DNA from: an uncultured Chitinophagaceae bacterium | GTDB lineage: Bacteria > Bacteroidota > Bacteroidia > Chitinophagales > Chitinophagaceae | Assembly: GCA_964477265.1 (NCBI GenBank) | Contig: CAYZDJ010000005.1 | Coordinates: forward strand, 158,659-222,658 | Reading direction: 5' to 3' | Length of the DNA stretch: 64,000 bases | Shown: piece by piece, positions 45,202-53,989 of the stretch | Position numbering within the stretch: position 1 is the stretch's first letter | Layout: the number at the start of each line of letters is the position of its first letter | Translations under genes and position numbers: made by a program | Notes under the pieces: model-generated | Database searches by the model: none | What the model was told of the DNA's origin: nothing | Seen by the model: the letters and a program-made list of their open reading frames with translations, nothing else

Positions 45202-45489
45202 CTATTGCCAAAATGGGTTTTGATATGTATTAAATATTCTTAGGATTACTATACTTTTTGGTGGATGAATTTCGTATAAAATGATAAAAGGAAATTTATT
45301 TAATACTCTGAACCTAACAGTATCATACATAAAACTTCCGCTTGCAGGTACTTTAGAAAGTTGTGTAAACAAGGTCTGTACCTCCTCTTTAAACCTTCTT
45401 CCTAACTCTTGCTGCTGTTTATTGTAATATACTATTGCATCCTGTAAATCTAATAGGGCAGTTGGTGTAATCTTTATTTTATGAAACAT
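45202..45489 (-). CDS. Type II toxin-antitoxin system RelE/ParE family toxin
   Basis: 95 aa. The pattern TPTALLDLQDAIVYY...LGRRF...FPFIILYEI...VILRIFNTYQNP is typical of ParE/plasmid-stabilisation toxins. Confidence 0.75.
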   Translation of the reverse strand: MFHKIKITPTALLDLQDAIVYYNKQQQELGRRFKEEVQTLFTQLSKVPASGSFMYDTVRFRVLNKFPFIILYEIHPPKSIVILRIFNTYQNPFWQ

Positions 45490-45492
45490 CTC

Positions 45493-45729
45493 TTAATCCT
45501 TTAGAGTTTCTTTTGCAATATCCCAATCTATCAAATAATCTGGATTGTATTTTATTTTAATCCTTTCTTCTTCTACCAAATTGATTGTTGTTTCATTTAA
45601 AGAATATTCTTTCTGTGCAGCACTATTTTCAATTTCACTTAAAGTTATCTCAATTTTTTTTCCAATCATTTCTTCAGGAAGATTGATAGTTAAAATATTT
45701 TGTGTTGGAATAACAGTGTGTCGTATCAT
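45493..45729 (-). CDS. Putative cognate antitoxin (family not recognised)
   Basis: 78-aa acidic ORF ending 3 nt before the toxin start codon, the classic antitoxin-toxin arrangement. Confidence 0.5.
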   Translation of the reverse strand: MIRHTVIPTQNILTINLPEEMIGKKIEITLSEIENSAAQKEYSLNETTINLVEEERIKIKYNPDYLIDWDIAKETLKD

Positions 45730-45749
45730 GTGAAATATTTTTTGCTATT

Positions 45750-45757
45750 CAAATTTA
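45750..45757 (-). promoter_or_regulatory. Candidate -7 box (TAAATTTG on minus strand) dedicated to the TA pair
   Basis: CAAATTTA on the plus strand, between the glmS stop (45765) and the antitoxin ATG (45729). Confidence 0.4.
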
Positions 45758-45764
45758 CAATTTT

Positions 45765-47603
45765 CTATTCCACAGTAACACTTTTTGCCAAATTCCTTGG
45801 CATATCTACATTGTAGCCTTTTGAAACACCAACATAGTAGCTCAATAACTGCAATGGAATTACAGACAATAATGGTGCAATTACCTCATCTGCATCTGGC
45901 ACAAACATAGTATCATCTGCCATTGATGGAATTACATTATCGCCAACAGTTGCAACTGCAATCACCATTCCTTTACGTGCTTTTATTTCTTGCACATTAC
46001 TTACAATTTTTTCGTAGTAACTATCTTTTGTTGCTACAAATACAACAGGCAATTGGTCTGTAACCAATGCAATTGGACCATGTTTCATTTCAGCAGCAGG
46101 ATAACCTTCTGCATGTATATAGCTAATTTCCTTCAACTTTAATGCACCTTCTAAAGCCACAGGAAAATTATAACCACGTCCTAAAAACAAAGCATCTGGT
46201 GCATCTTTATATTTTTCTGCAATAGCTTTTATTGCAGATGTATCTTGCAAAATTTCTTTTACTTTTTCTGGTACAGCCTCCAATTCTTTCATCAAGCTAA
46301 TGTATCTTTCTTCTGTAATAGTTCCTTTGGCTTTTGCAATTTTTAATGCTATCATATTTAACACAGCAAGCTGCCCTGTAAATGCTTTTGTGCTGGCAAC
46401 ACCAATTTCTGGACCAGCGTGTGTGTAAGCACCAGCATGACTTATACGTGCAATGCTACTACCTACAGCATTTACTACTCCAAAAATAAAAGCACCTTTT
46501 GCTTTAGCACTTTCCAATGCAACCAAAGTATCAGCAGTTTCTCCACTTTGAGAGATTGCAATTATTACATCGCCTTCATTTATCACAGGATTTCTATACC
46601 TGAATTCACTTGCATATTCAACCTCAACAGGTATTCTGCACAATTCTTCAAACACATATTCTGCTATTAAACCTGCATGCCAGCTTGTACCACAAGCAAC
46701 CATTACAATTCTGTTTGCATTAGCAAGTTTATCAATGTTATTATCAATACCACTCATTCTTATTTCGCCAGTATGTGTTAAAAGCCTTCCACGTAAGCAA
46801 TCAAAAATTGTGTTAGGTTGTTCATAAATTTCCTTTAACATAAAATGGTCGTAACCGCCTTTTTCAATAGCTGCCAATTCCATGTCCAACTTAGTAATAA
46901 AAGGCGTTTGCTTTTCATTACCCAAATTTTTAAGTATCAATTCATCTGCACGAACAATGGCAATTTCATAATCATTTACATAAACAACTTCTTTAGTATA
47001 TTCTAAAAAAGGCGTTGCATCGCTGCCCAAAAAATGTTCGCCTTTGCCAATACCAATAACTAAAGGACTTCCCTTGCGTGCAGCAATAATGGTTGATGGA
47101 TCGTTTTTATCAATTAACAAAATGCAATATGCACCAACAATACGCTTTAGGGCAATACGCAATGCTTCTTCTAATCCACAATTATTATTTTGTTTAATGT
47201 CTTGTATAAAGTTTAACAAAACTTCAGTATCAGTATCGCTGCTAAAAGTGTAGCCTTTATTTAATAGCTCTTTTTTTATTGATGTATAGTTTTCTATAAT
47301 TCCATTATGAATCATAGAAAGGCTTCCATCGTTGCTTAAATGTGGGTGTGCATTTCTATCACTTGGCTCGCCATGAGTTGCCCAACGTGTATGCCCAATT
47401 CCAATATGACCACTTACATCTTTACCTAAAGTTTCATCTTCAAGGTCGGTTACTTTACCTTTCTTTTTATACAAATTCATTCCACTATTATTAATTAATG
47501 AAATGCCTGCACTATCATAGCCACGATACTCTAATCTTTTCAATCCTTTTATTACAATTGGATAAGCTTCTCTTGGTCCAATATATCCTACAATTCCACA
47601 CAT
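45765..47603 (-). CDS. glmS: Glutamine--fructose-6-phosphate aminotransferase (isomerizing)
   Basis: MCGIVGYIG N-terminal nucleophile, two SIS domains, C-terminal NLAKSVTVE. 612 aa. Confidence 0.95.
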   Translation of the reverse strand: MCGIVGYIGPREAYPIVIKGLKRLEYRGYDSAGISLINNSGMNLYKKKGKVTDLEDETLGKDVSGHIGIGHTRWATHGEPSDRNAHPHLSNDGSLSMIHNGIIENYTSIKKELLNKGYTFSSDTDTEVLLNFIQDIKQNNNCGLEEALRIALKRIVGAYCILLIDKNDPSTIIAARKGSPLVIGIGKGEHFLGSDATPFLEYTKEVVYVNDYEIAIVRADELILKNLGNEKQTPFITKLDMELAAIEKGGYDHFMLKEIYEQPNTIFDCLRGRLLTHTGEIRMSGIDNNIDKLANANRIVMVACGTSWHAGLIAEYVFEELCRIPVEVEYASEFRYRNPVINEGDVIIAISQSGETADTLVALESAKAKGAFIFGVVNAVGSSIARISHAGAYTHAGPEIGVASTKAFTGQLAVLNMIALKIAKAKGTITEERYISLMKELEAVPEKVKEILQDTSAIKAIAEKYKDAPDALFLGRGYNFPVALEGALKLKEISYIHAEGYPAAEMKHGPIALVTDQLPVVFVATKDSYYEKIVSNVQEIKARKGMVIAVATVGDNVIPSMADDTMFVPDADEVIAPLLSVIPLQLLSYYVGVSKGYNVDMPRNLAKSVTVE

Positions 47604-47608
47604 AATTA

Positions 47609-47638
47609 TTTATAATTTGAAGATTTATAATTTGAAGA
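47609..47638. repeat. Perfect 15-bp tandem duplication (TTTATAATTTGAAGA x2) in the glmS leader
   Basis: Units at 47609-47623 and 47624-47638, starting 5 nt upstream of the glmS ATG (47603). Confidence 0.9.
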
Positions 47639-47655
47639 TTTTAACAATCAAGCTG

Positions 47656-47663
47656 CAAACTTA
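47656..47663 (-). promoter_or_regulatory. Candidate -7 box (TAAGTTTG on minus strand) for glmS
   Basis: CAAACTTA on the plus strand, 52 nt upstream of the glmS ATG. The resulting leader would contain the tandem duplication. Confidence 0.35.
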
Positions 47664-47783
47664 TTTGTTTACGTTTTGATATAATAATTTTTATTAAATA
47701 GCCATAATAATTTAATTAAAAAAATTCTTTCGCTGAATAAGCAAGATTCACTAAAATTTTCTGTGTTTTCTGCGAACAAAAAG

Positions 47784-48095
47784 TTAATAAACCAAATCTT
47801 CATAAGCAGCTTGTAGTTCATTGTAGCTATGATTGTCTTTTTGTTCTTTAGCTATTTTCATTCCTTTTTCGTAATATAAAATAGCATTTTCATTCTCATT
47901 AATTCGTTCAAAAAGCTTTGCCAAATGATAATAACTGCCAACATAATTTTCATTGTTGGTTAAGAGATTTATAAATAAATCCTTTGCTTGTTGGTCATCG
48001 TTAATTTTAATGTATTCCAATGCTAGTGCATGTTGTAAGAAGCTATCGTTTGGACTTTGCTTTAAAAATTCTTGTATTTTTTGTATTCTATCCAT
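47784..48095 (-). CDS. Tetratricopeptide repeat protein (small)
   Basis: Three TPR-like helix pairs (ALALEYIKINDDQQAKDLF, YYHLAKLFERINENENAILYYEKGMKIA). Confidence 0.65.
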   Translation of the reverse strand: MDRIQKIQEFLKQSPNDSFLQHALALEYIKINDDQQAKDLFINLLTNNENYVGSYYHLAKLFERINENENAILYYEKGMKIAKEQKDNHSYNELQAAYEDLVY

Positions 48096-48375
48096 TTTCG
48101 CTTGCTTTTAAATAAAAATAAAAAAGCACCTGAATAACAAAGCAAATCAGGTTAATAAAGAACAGTGTTTTAGGTATTAAATTCTTTTTGCCAATTAATG
48201 CTGCAATTAAACTTACCAGTAACACTATTGTGTTAAAAACAATTGCTAATACTGCAAGTACTAGTATAGTTACTGCCAACCACTGAAATTTCTCTACATA
48301 GTTAGAATACTTTAGAGGGATGAGCAGAAAAAAACAAATGTTACATATTATGGCAACCCTGTTCAAAAACTTCAT
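48088..48375 (-). CDS. Small membrane protein (3 TM), hypothetical
   Basis: 95-aa hydrophobic ORF. Its last 8 nt overlap the start of the TPR gene. Confidence 0.5.
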   Translation of the reverse strand: MKFLNRVAIICNICFFLLIPLKYSNYVEKFQWLAVTILVLAVLAIVFNTIVLLVSLIAALIGKKNLIPKTLFFINLICFVIQVLFYFYLKASENG

Positions 48376-48427
48376 AAAAAAATATTTGCATCAAATATCA
48401 TTAATTTGCTGCTACTAAAAATTTGTA

Positions 48428-50938
48428 ATGAAAAATATTAACTGGAAAAGGATTATTCCACATGTTATTGCTGTTGCCATTTTTTTTATTGTGGCTTATG
48501 TGTATTGCAAACCTGCATTTGATGGTAAAGTATTGCAGCAGGAGGATACTTCGCAATGGAAAGCAATGGCTCAAAGCTCATTTAAATTTAAGGAAACACA
48601 TGGTCATTTCCCACTTTGGACAAACAGTATGTTTTGTGGTATGCCAGCTTACCAAATAGCAATGGATGGTGATAATTCATTTACCATTGAACCCTTAATG
48701 AAAATTGTAAATCTTGGGCTGCCAAAGCCAGCAAGTTTTTTTTTCCTTGCCTGTATTTGTTTTTATTTTTTAGCCTGTGCATTGCGTTGTAATCCTTATG
48801 TAGCAATGGCTACAGCACTTAGTTATGCTTATTGCACCTATAATCCAATTATTATAGTTGTGGGTCACGAGACCAAAATGCTTGCCATTGCCCTTATACC
48901 TGCATTAATAGGTTCACTGGTCTTATTGTTTAATAAAAAATATGCGATAGGTACATTTTTAACTGCATTCAGTTGTGCTTATTTAATTGGTGCCAATCAC
49001 TTGCAGATAACTTATTATACAGTAATCATTATTGCTTTTATGGCAGTAGGCTTTGCAGTGTATTGTATAATGCAGAAAGAAATAAAACACCTTTTAATTG
49101 CAGGAGGCTTGGCAATGGTTGCTGCACTAATTGGTGTAGGTGTTAATGCTGTTACACTTAAAACTACAAGTGAATATGGAAAGTATTCTATTCGTGGTGG
49201 AAGCATACTTGCAGATGCAAATGATAAAAATGCTAAAGTAACCAAAACAGGTTTGAATAAAGAATATGCAATGAGTTATAGTTTGTATAAAACAGAACCA
49301 TTAGCAATGATGATTCCTCGTGCATTTGGTGGTGGTAGTGGTGAAATTGACGAATCAAAATCTAAGGCTGCTGAAAAATTGACTGAAATGCAACCACAAC
49401 TTGCTCAACAGTTGCAAGGCTTTTTGCAGGCATCTTATTGGGGTGGCATTGGTGGCACTGCTGGTCCACCATATATTGGAGCAATAGTTTGCTTTTTGGC
49501 ATTCATTGGTTTTGCAGTTGCTGATAATAAATACAAATGGTGGATTTTGGCTTGTACCATTTTTACTTTAATGCTTAGCTGGGGTAAATATTTTGATGGA
49601 TTTAATACATGGATGCTGACACATTTACCTGTTTATGACAAGTTTAGGGCACCAAGTATGATTTTGGTTGTGCCAACATTTTTGCTTACAATGCTTGCTG
49701 CACTTAGCTTGCAGGCTATATTCGATATAGAGAACAAGGAAGAACTTTGGAATAAATATAAAAAAGGGTTAATGGTAGCTGGTGGAATGTTGGTTGTTGC
49801 GTTGCTTGTTTACTTAAGTGCAGATTTTGCCGGCGATGCTGATAGAAATTTATTGAAGCAAATTGCAGATATACAGGATGCACAGCAAAGGGAATCTTTG
49901 CAACCAGTAATAAAAGGATTTGTAAATGCCTTAAGGGATGACAGAAAAGCTTTATTTATGGCTGACTTTATGCGAAGCCTTGCTTTTATGTTGGTTGCAG
50001 GTATTATGCTGTGGCTTGCTATTAAAAATAAAGTCTCTGCTTTAATTGCAACTATTGTTATTGGTGTATTTGCATTTATTGATATTATGACTATTGATGT
50101 AAAATATTTAAGCAGTGATAAGTTTGTTGAGGCAGATACTTATGTTGACAATAACTTTAGGCAAACACCTGTTATTGTAGAATTACTAAAAGATAAATCT
50201 CAGTTTAGGGTGTTTAATGTAAGTCGTGGACAATTTGCAGCATTTAATGAAGACGCAAAAACATCTTATCATTTAAATTCAATTGGTGGTTATAATCCTG
50301 CCAAGCTTAGCATTTACCAGGATTTGATAGAAAAACAGCTTTACAATTTTCCTAACTGCATGCCTGTTGTAAATATGTTAAATGCAAAGTATATTATTCA
50401 GGCAAACCAGAAAGGAGAGCAGGTGGCAATACCAAACCCAGAAGCGTTGGGTAATTGCTGGTTTGTAAAAAGTGTAATGTATAAAAAATCGCCACTTGAT
50501 GTAATGAATGCTTTAACAACACTTAACACTAAGGATAGTGCAGTTGTTGAAGATGCAGATAAAGCTAATGTAAAATATGATGAAGCTATTGATAGTGCTG
50601 CAAAAATTACTCTTGTAAAAAATGATAATGACTTTGTTGAGTATGCTTCAAATGCAGGCACAGCAAAGTTTGCAGTGTTTAGCGAGGTATATTACAACGC
50701 AGGCTGGAAAGCTTATATTGATGGAAAAGAAGCAACTATTATAAAAACAAACTATGCATTGCGTGGCTTAAGTGTGCCAGCAGGCAACCACAAAATAACT
50801 TTTGAATTTAAACCAGACAGCTATTATGGCTCTATGAAAATTGCCAACATATGCAGTGGTTTAATATGGTTACTGTTAGTAGGTTCTGTGGGTTTATTGT
50901 TTTGGAAAAGCAGAAAAGGAAATTTAAAAACTGTGTAA
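48428..50938 (+). CDS. YfhO family membrane protein (GT-C-type glycosyltransferase candidate)
   Basis: 836 aa. The N-terminal pattern QQEDTSQWKAMAQSSFKFKETHGHFPLWTNSMFCGMPAYQI is typical of Bacteroidota YfhO proteins. Many TM helices, a large C-terminal extracytoplasmic domain and a final TM. Confidence 0.7.
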   Translation: MKNINWKRIIPHVIAVAIFFIVAYVYCKPAFDGKVLQQEDTSQWKAMAQSSFKFKETHGHFPLWTNSMFCGMPAYQIAMDGDNSFTIEPLMKIVNLGLPKPASFFFLACICFYFLACALRCNPYVAMATALSYAYCTYNPIIIVVGHETKMLAIALIPALIGSLVLLFNKKYAIGTFLTAFSCAYLIGANHLQITYYTVIIIAFMAVGFAVYCIMQKEIKHLLIAGGLAMVAALIGVGVNAVTLKTTSEYGKYSIRGGSILADANDKNAKVTKTGLNKEYAMSYSLYKTEPLAMMIPRAFGGGSGEIDESKSKAAEKLTEMQPQLAQQLQGFLQASYWGGIGGTAGPPYIGAIVCFLAFIGFAVADNKYKWWILACTIFTLMLSWGKYFDGFNTWMLTHLPVYDKFRAPSMILVVPTFLLTMLAALSLQAIFDIENKEELWNKYKKGLMVAGGMLVVALLVYLSADFAGDADRNLLKQIADIQDAQQRESLQPVIKGFVNALRDDRKALFMADFMRSLAFMLVAGIMLWLAIKNKVSALIATIVIGVFAFIDIMTIDVKYLSSDKFVEADTYVDNNFRQTPVIVELLKDKSQFRVFNVSRGQFAAFNEDAKTSYHLNSIGGYNPAKLSIYQDLIEKQLYNFPNCMPVVNMLNAKYIIQANQKGEQVAIPNPEALGNCWFVKSVMYKKSPLDVMNALTTLNTKDSAVVEDADKANVKYDEAIDSAAKITLVKNDNDFVEYASNAGTAKFAVFSEVYYNAGWKAYIDGKEATIIKTNYALRGLSVPAGNHKITFEFKPDSYYGSMKIANICSGLIWLLLVGSVGLLFWKSRKGNLKTV

Positions 50939-51041
50939 AATAGCGATTTGTTAAAAGTATTCTCTTTTACAATAGTGTAGTTGGTATTTTATATTTGAAA
51001 CTGTATTTAGTATTTACTTTATAACACTTAACTAATTGTTT

Positions 51042-52958
51042 ATGCAAATAAATAGATTGCTGCTTTTTTGTTTGTTAGTTTTTATTGCAAATAATATCAG
51101 TGCCCAGTACGATAAACCTTATGTTGATAGCTTGGAAAATGAACTTAAAAACAACAAGTATGATAGTGCTAAAGTAAGGTGTCTTATAAAGATAGGAATG
51201 TACTATGCTGGCGAAAATCCTGTAAAGGCAAAGGATTATTTTATTAAAGCATATAACTATAAAATTTCTTTTTCTAAAACCGAACAAGGTTATAAAACCC
51301 TTGCAGCTACTAATCTTGCACGAAACTACACAGCATTAAATGATTCTGCTAATACTGCAAAATGGATTTACCTTTCGTTGCAGCATGCTGCAAAAACCGA
51401 TTATGCTTTGGCTATAGATTTGGCTTATGAACAAGCTGGTATTTATTACCTTAATAGCAGCGTTTATGACAGTGCTATTTACTACAACCAGCAAATGGTA
51501 AATCTTTGGGATTCATTAAAACGACCAGAAAAAACTACAGGAGGTTATTATGGTATGGCAAATATTTTTCAAAACTTGCACCAATATAATAAAGCTATTT
51601 TTTATTTAAAAAGAATTATTAAGGTTGGCAATATTGATGAAAATGGTAACGATCCTCAGTTAATATCAATATACTCAACACTTGCAGAAATTTATTTAGT
51701 ACAAAATAAATACGATAGTGTGGTGCATTATTGCAACAAAGCTATCCCCATTGCTTATTACGAAACTTATTATCAGGGGGTAATTGAAATGCTTGCTACC
51801 AAAGGAACAGCATTAACCCATTTGAAAAAATATAATGAGGCTTTAACTGCTGCTAAAGAAGGTTATAATCTGGCAAAACAAAATGAGCATATTAGTTTAT
51901 TGCCCAAACTTGATAAAACAATTGCTATTGCTTTTGCACATACTAGTAAAAAAGACTCTGCTATATTTTATGCAAAAGAAGCAGAAGCCATTGCAGAGCA
52001 ATCTACAACTACCACACAGCAAGATTGGGGCAATGTATATGAAATGTGGGCTGATGTATATGAACAATTAGGAGATTATAAACTTGCTTATGAAAACAAA
52101 CAAAAAGAACTTGCTATTCTACAAAAACTAAAAGATGATGAAATTGCACAAGCTACTGCACAAAGTGAAGTGAAGTTTGAAACCAATAAAAAAGAACAAC
52201 AGATTGTTGCACTTAATGAAGTAACTGCACAACAAAAAAAAATAAACTGGTTAATGGCAGCAGGCTTGTTGTTGGCAGTTGTTGCAGCAGCATTTGCTTA
52301 CACAAGTTATAGAAGCAAACGTAAAGCTGCATTGGTTTTAGAACAAAGCAATAAAGAAAAAGAGGTGTTTTTAAAAGAGATTCATCACAGGGTAAAAAAC
52401 AATTTGCAAATAATAAGCAGCTTGCTATATATGCAGTTTAAAGATGCACAAGATGTGCAGATGATTGAAAAATTAAAACAGGCACAACAACGCATTAAGA
52501 GTATGGCTTTGGTGCATAATAAGCTGTATGAAAAGCAAGATGTGGTACACGTTTATTTAAAAGATTATATCAACGATTTAGCAAAAGGAATTTTACAATC
52601 AAACAATCCAGATGGAAAAAATATTAATTTAAATATTACTGGTAAAGATGATGTGAGTTTAAATTTGGATACTTCTATTTCTGTTGGTCTTATTTTAAAT
52701 GAGCTAATCACTAACAGTTGCAAGTATGCTTTTGCCAATAAACAACAAGGTAATATTGATATTGACATACAGCAAAACGACAATATTTTTGTACTAAAAA
52801 TAAAAGATGATGGCGAAGGCTTACCACAAAACTTTGAACAAAAAAATAGTTTGGGTGTAAGACTCATTAAAAACCTTGCAAGGCAACTACAAGGCTGTGC
52901 CAGTTTTGAAAACAACAATGGAACTATTGTAAACATTGAGTTTAAAGAAGCAGCGTAG
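51042..52958 (+). CDS. Sensor histidine kinase: signal peptide, extracytoplasmic TPR array, coiled coil, single TM, HisKA_2 + HATPase_c
   Basis: TPR-like repeats across aa ~30-340. TM INWLMAAGLLLAVVAAAFAY. EIHHRVKNNLQIISSLL H-box. LNELITNSCKYAF N-box. DDGEGLP G-box. Confidence 0.8.
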   Translation: MQINRLLLFCLLVFIANNISAQYDKPYVDSLENELKNNKYDSAKVRCLIKIGMYYAGENPVKAKDYFIKAYNYKISFSKTEQGYKTLAATNLARNYTALNDSANTAKWIYLSLQHAAKTDYALAIDLAYEQAGIYYLNSSVYDSAIYYNQQMVNLWDSLKRPEKTTGGYYGMANIFQNLHQYNKAIFYLKRIIKVGNIDENGNDPQLISIYSTLAEIYLVQNKYDSVVHYCNKAIPIAYYETYYQGVIEMLATKGTALTHLKKYNEALTAAKEGYNLAKQNEHISLLPKLDKTIAIAFAHTSKKDSAIFYAKEAEAIAEQSTTTTQQDWGNVYEMWADVYEQLGDYKLAYENKQKELAILQKLKDDEIAQATAQSEVKFETNKKEQQIVALNEVTAQQKKINWLMAAGLLLAVVAAAFAYTSYRSKRKAALVLEQSNKEKEVFLKEIHHRVKNNLQIISSLLYMQFKDAQDVQMIEKLKQAQQRIKSMALVHNKLYEKQDVVHVYLKDYINDLAKGILQSNNPDGKNINLNITGKDDVSLNLDTSISVGLILNELITNSCKYAFANKQQGNIDIDIQQNDNIFVLKIKDDGEGLPQNFEQKNSLGVRLIKNLARQLQGCASFENNNGTIVNIEFKEAA

Positions 52959-53028
52959 AGAATAATTGTTAGTTGTTAATGATAAATTGTAAACTAACAG
53001 TTAACAACTAACAATTAATAATTATCTG

Positions 53029-53763
53029 ATGGATATAAAAATTTTATTAGTAGAAGACGAGTTTATCATAGCAGATTATATGCAGGATTGCTTGCAAAAA
53101 CTAGGTTATGATGTGGTGGATGTTTGTTTAAATTATGAAGAAGCAATTGCAGGGTTAGAAAAACATAAGCCAGATATTGCCTTGGTTGATATTACACTAA
53201 AAGGCACAAAAACTGGCATTGAGGTGGGCAATTATATTAAACAAAATATGGATATGCCTTTTGTGTTTTGCACCAGCCACAACGATAGAGCCACTATTGA
53301 TGAAGCCAAGCAAACACTGCCTTATGCCTATTTAATAAAACCCTTTAGCGAAGAAGATTTATATGCAGTAATTGAAACTGCATTGATGCACTATGGCAGA
53401 AAAAAGCAAAAAGCTGTAGAGCAGCAAGATGAAAACCCAATCATTATAAACGATGCAATTTTTATAAAACACAAAAGCAAATTTGTTAAGGTTAAGTTAG
53501 ATGAAATATTATTTATTGAAGCTAACGACAACTATGTAACTCTTGCCACTACTGCATCAAACTATGTTTTAAAAACCACTATTAAAAGTTTATTAGATGT
53601 ATTGCCCGACTTTTTCTGGCGTATTCATCGTTCCTATATTATTAACTTGCACCATTTAAAAAATTTTGATGCCGAAGAACTAACTGTTGAAAATAAAACA
53701 CTGCCAGTTGGCAAAAGTTTTTACCCAATGTTGCTGGAAAAATTGAAAGTAGTTAAGGGATAG
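53029..53763 (+). CDS. LytR/AlgR (LytTR) family response regulator
   Basis: Receiver domain (LLVEDEFIIADYM..., DIALVDITL, FCTSH, LIKP). C-terminal LytTR domain (ILFIEANDNYVTL...RIHRSYIINL). Confidence 0.9.
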   Translation: MDIKILLVEDEFIIADYMQDCLQKLGYDVVDVCLNYEEAIAGLEKHKPDIALVDITLKGTKTGIEVGNYIKQNMDMPFVFCTSHNDRATIDEAKQTLPYAYLIKPFSEEDLYAVIETALMHYGRKKQKAVEQQDENPIIINDAIFIKHKSKFVKVKLDEILFIEANDNYVTLATTASNYVLKTTIKSLLDVLPDFFWRIHRSYIINLHHLKNFDAEELTVENKTLPVGKSFYPMLLEKLKVVKG

Positions 53764-53798
53764 TCATAGAGTCATCAGGTCAATGGTCATTAAGTCAT
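53764..53798. repeat. Five phased GTCAW pentamers (7-8 bp spacing) just after the response-regulator stop
   Basis: GTCAT 53764, GTCAT 53771, GTCAA 53779, GTCAT 53786, GTCAT 53794. Inverted ATGAC/TTGAC copies follow at ~53855-53881. Confidence 0.6.
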
Positions 53799-53891
53799 TG
53801 ATAAATATTTCTAATTTGAAATTCCTGATTTTTCTTTTGTCATTCATCATTCAAATGACTTATTGACTTTACGACAATTGACTTTTCTAGG

Positions 53892-53922
53892 TTCACCCAC
53901 CAAAAACATCGCTTCACCCACC
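53892..53922 (+). promoter_or_regulatory. Perfect direct repeat TTCACCCACC-N11-TTCACCCACC; candidate LytTR-regulator binding site
   Basis: Repeats at 53892-53901 and 53913-53922, 21 bp start to start. They are GC-rich decamers in an AT-rich spacer. The second repeat ends 28 nt upstream of a consensus -7 box. Confidence 0.5.
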
Positions 53923-53950
53923 TTACAAAAAATAACAGCATAGCCAAGTT

Positions 53951-53958
53951 TAGGTTTG
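53951..53958 (+). promoter_or_regulatory. Candidate -7 box (TAGGTTTG) for the 1208-aa protein gene
   Basis: TAnnTTTG ends 31 nt upstream of the ATG at 53990. Confidence 0.45.
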
Positions 53959-53989
53959 TATTTAAATTATCACACTAAACTTTTTTGCT

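Noticed and set aside
47604-47783. Possible glmS ribozyme or other riboswitch upstream of glmS
   Set aside because: The spacer is extremely AT-rich and largely a tandem duplication. I see none of the conserved GC-containing core helices of the glmS ribozyme. The candidate promoter leaves only ~50 nt of leader, and the ribozyme is not expected in this phylum.
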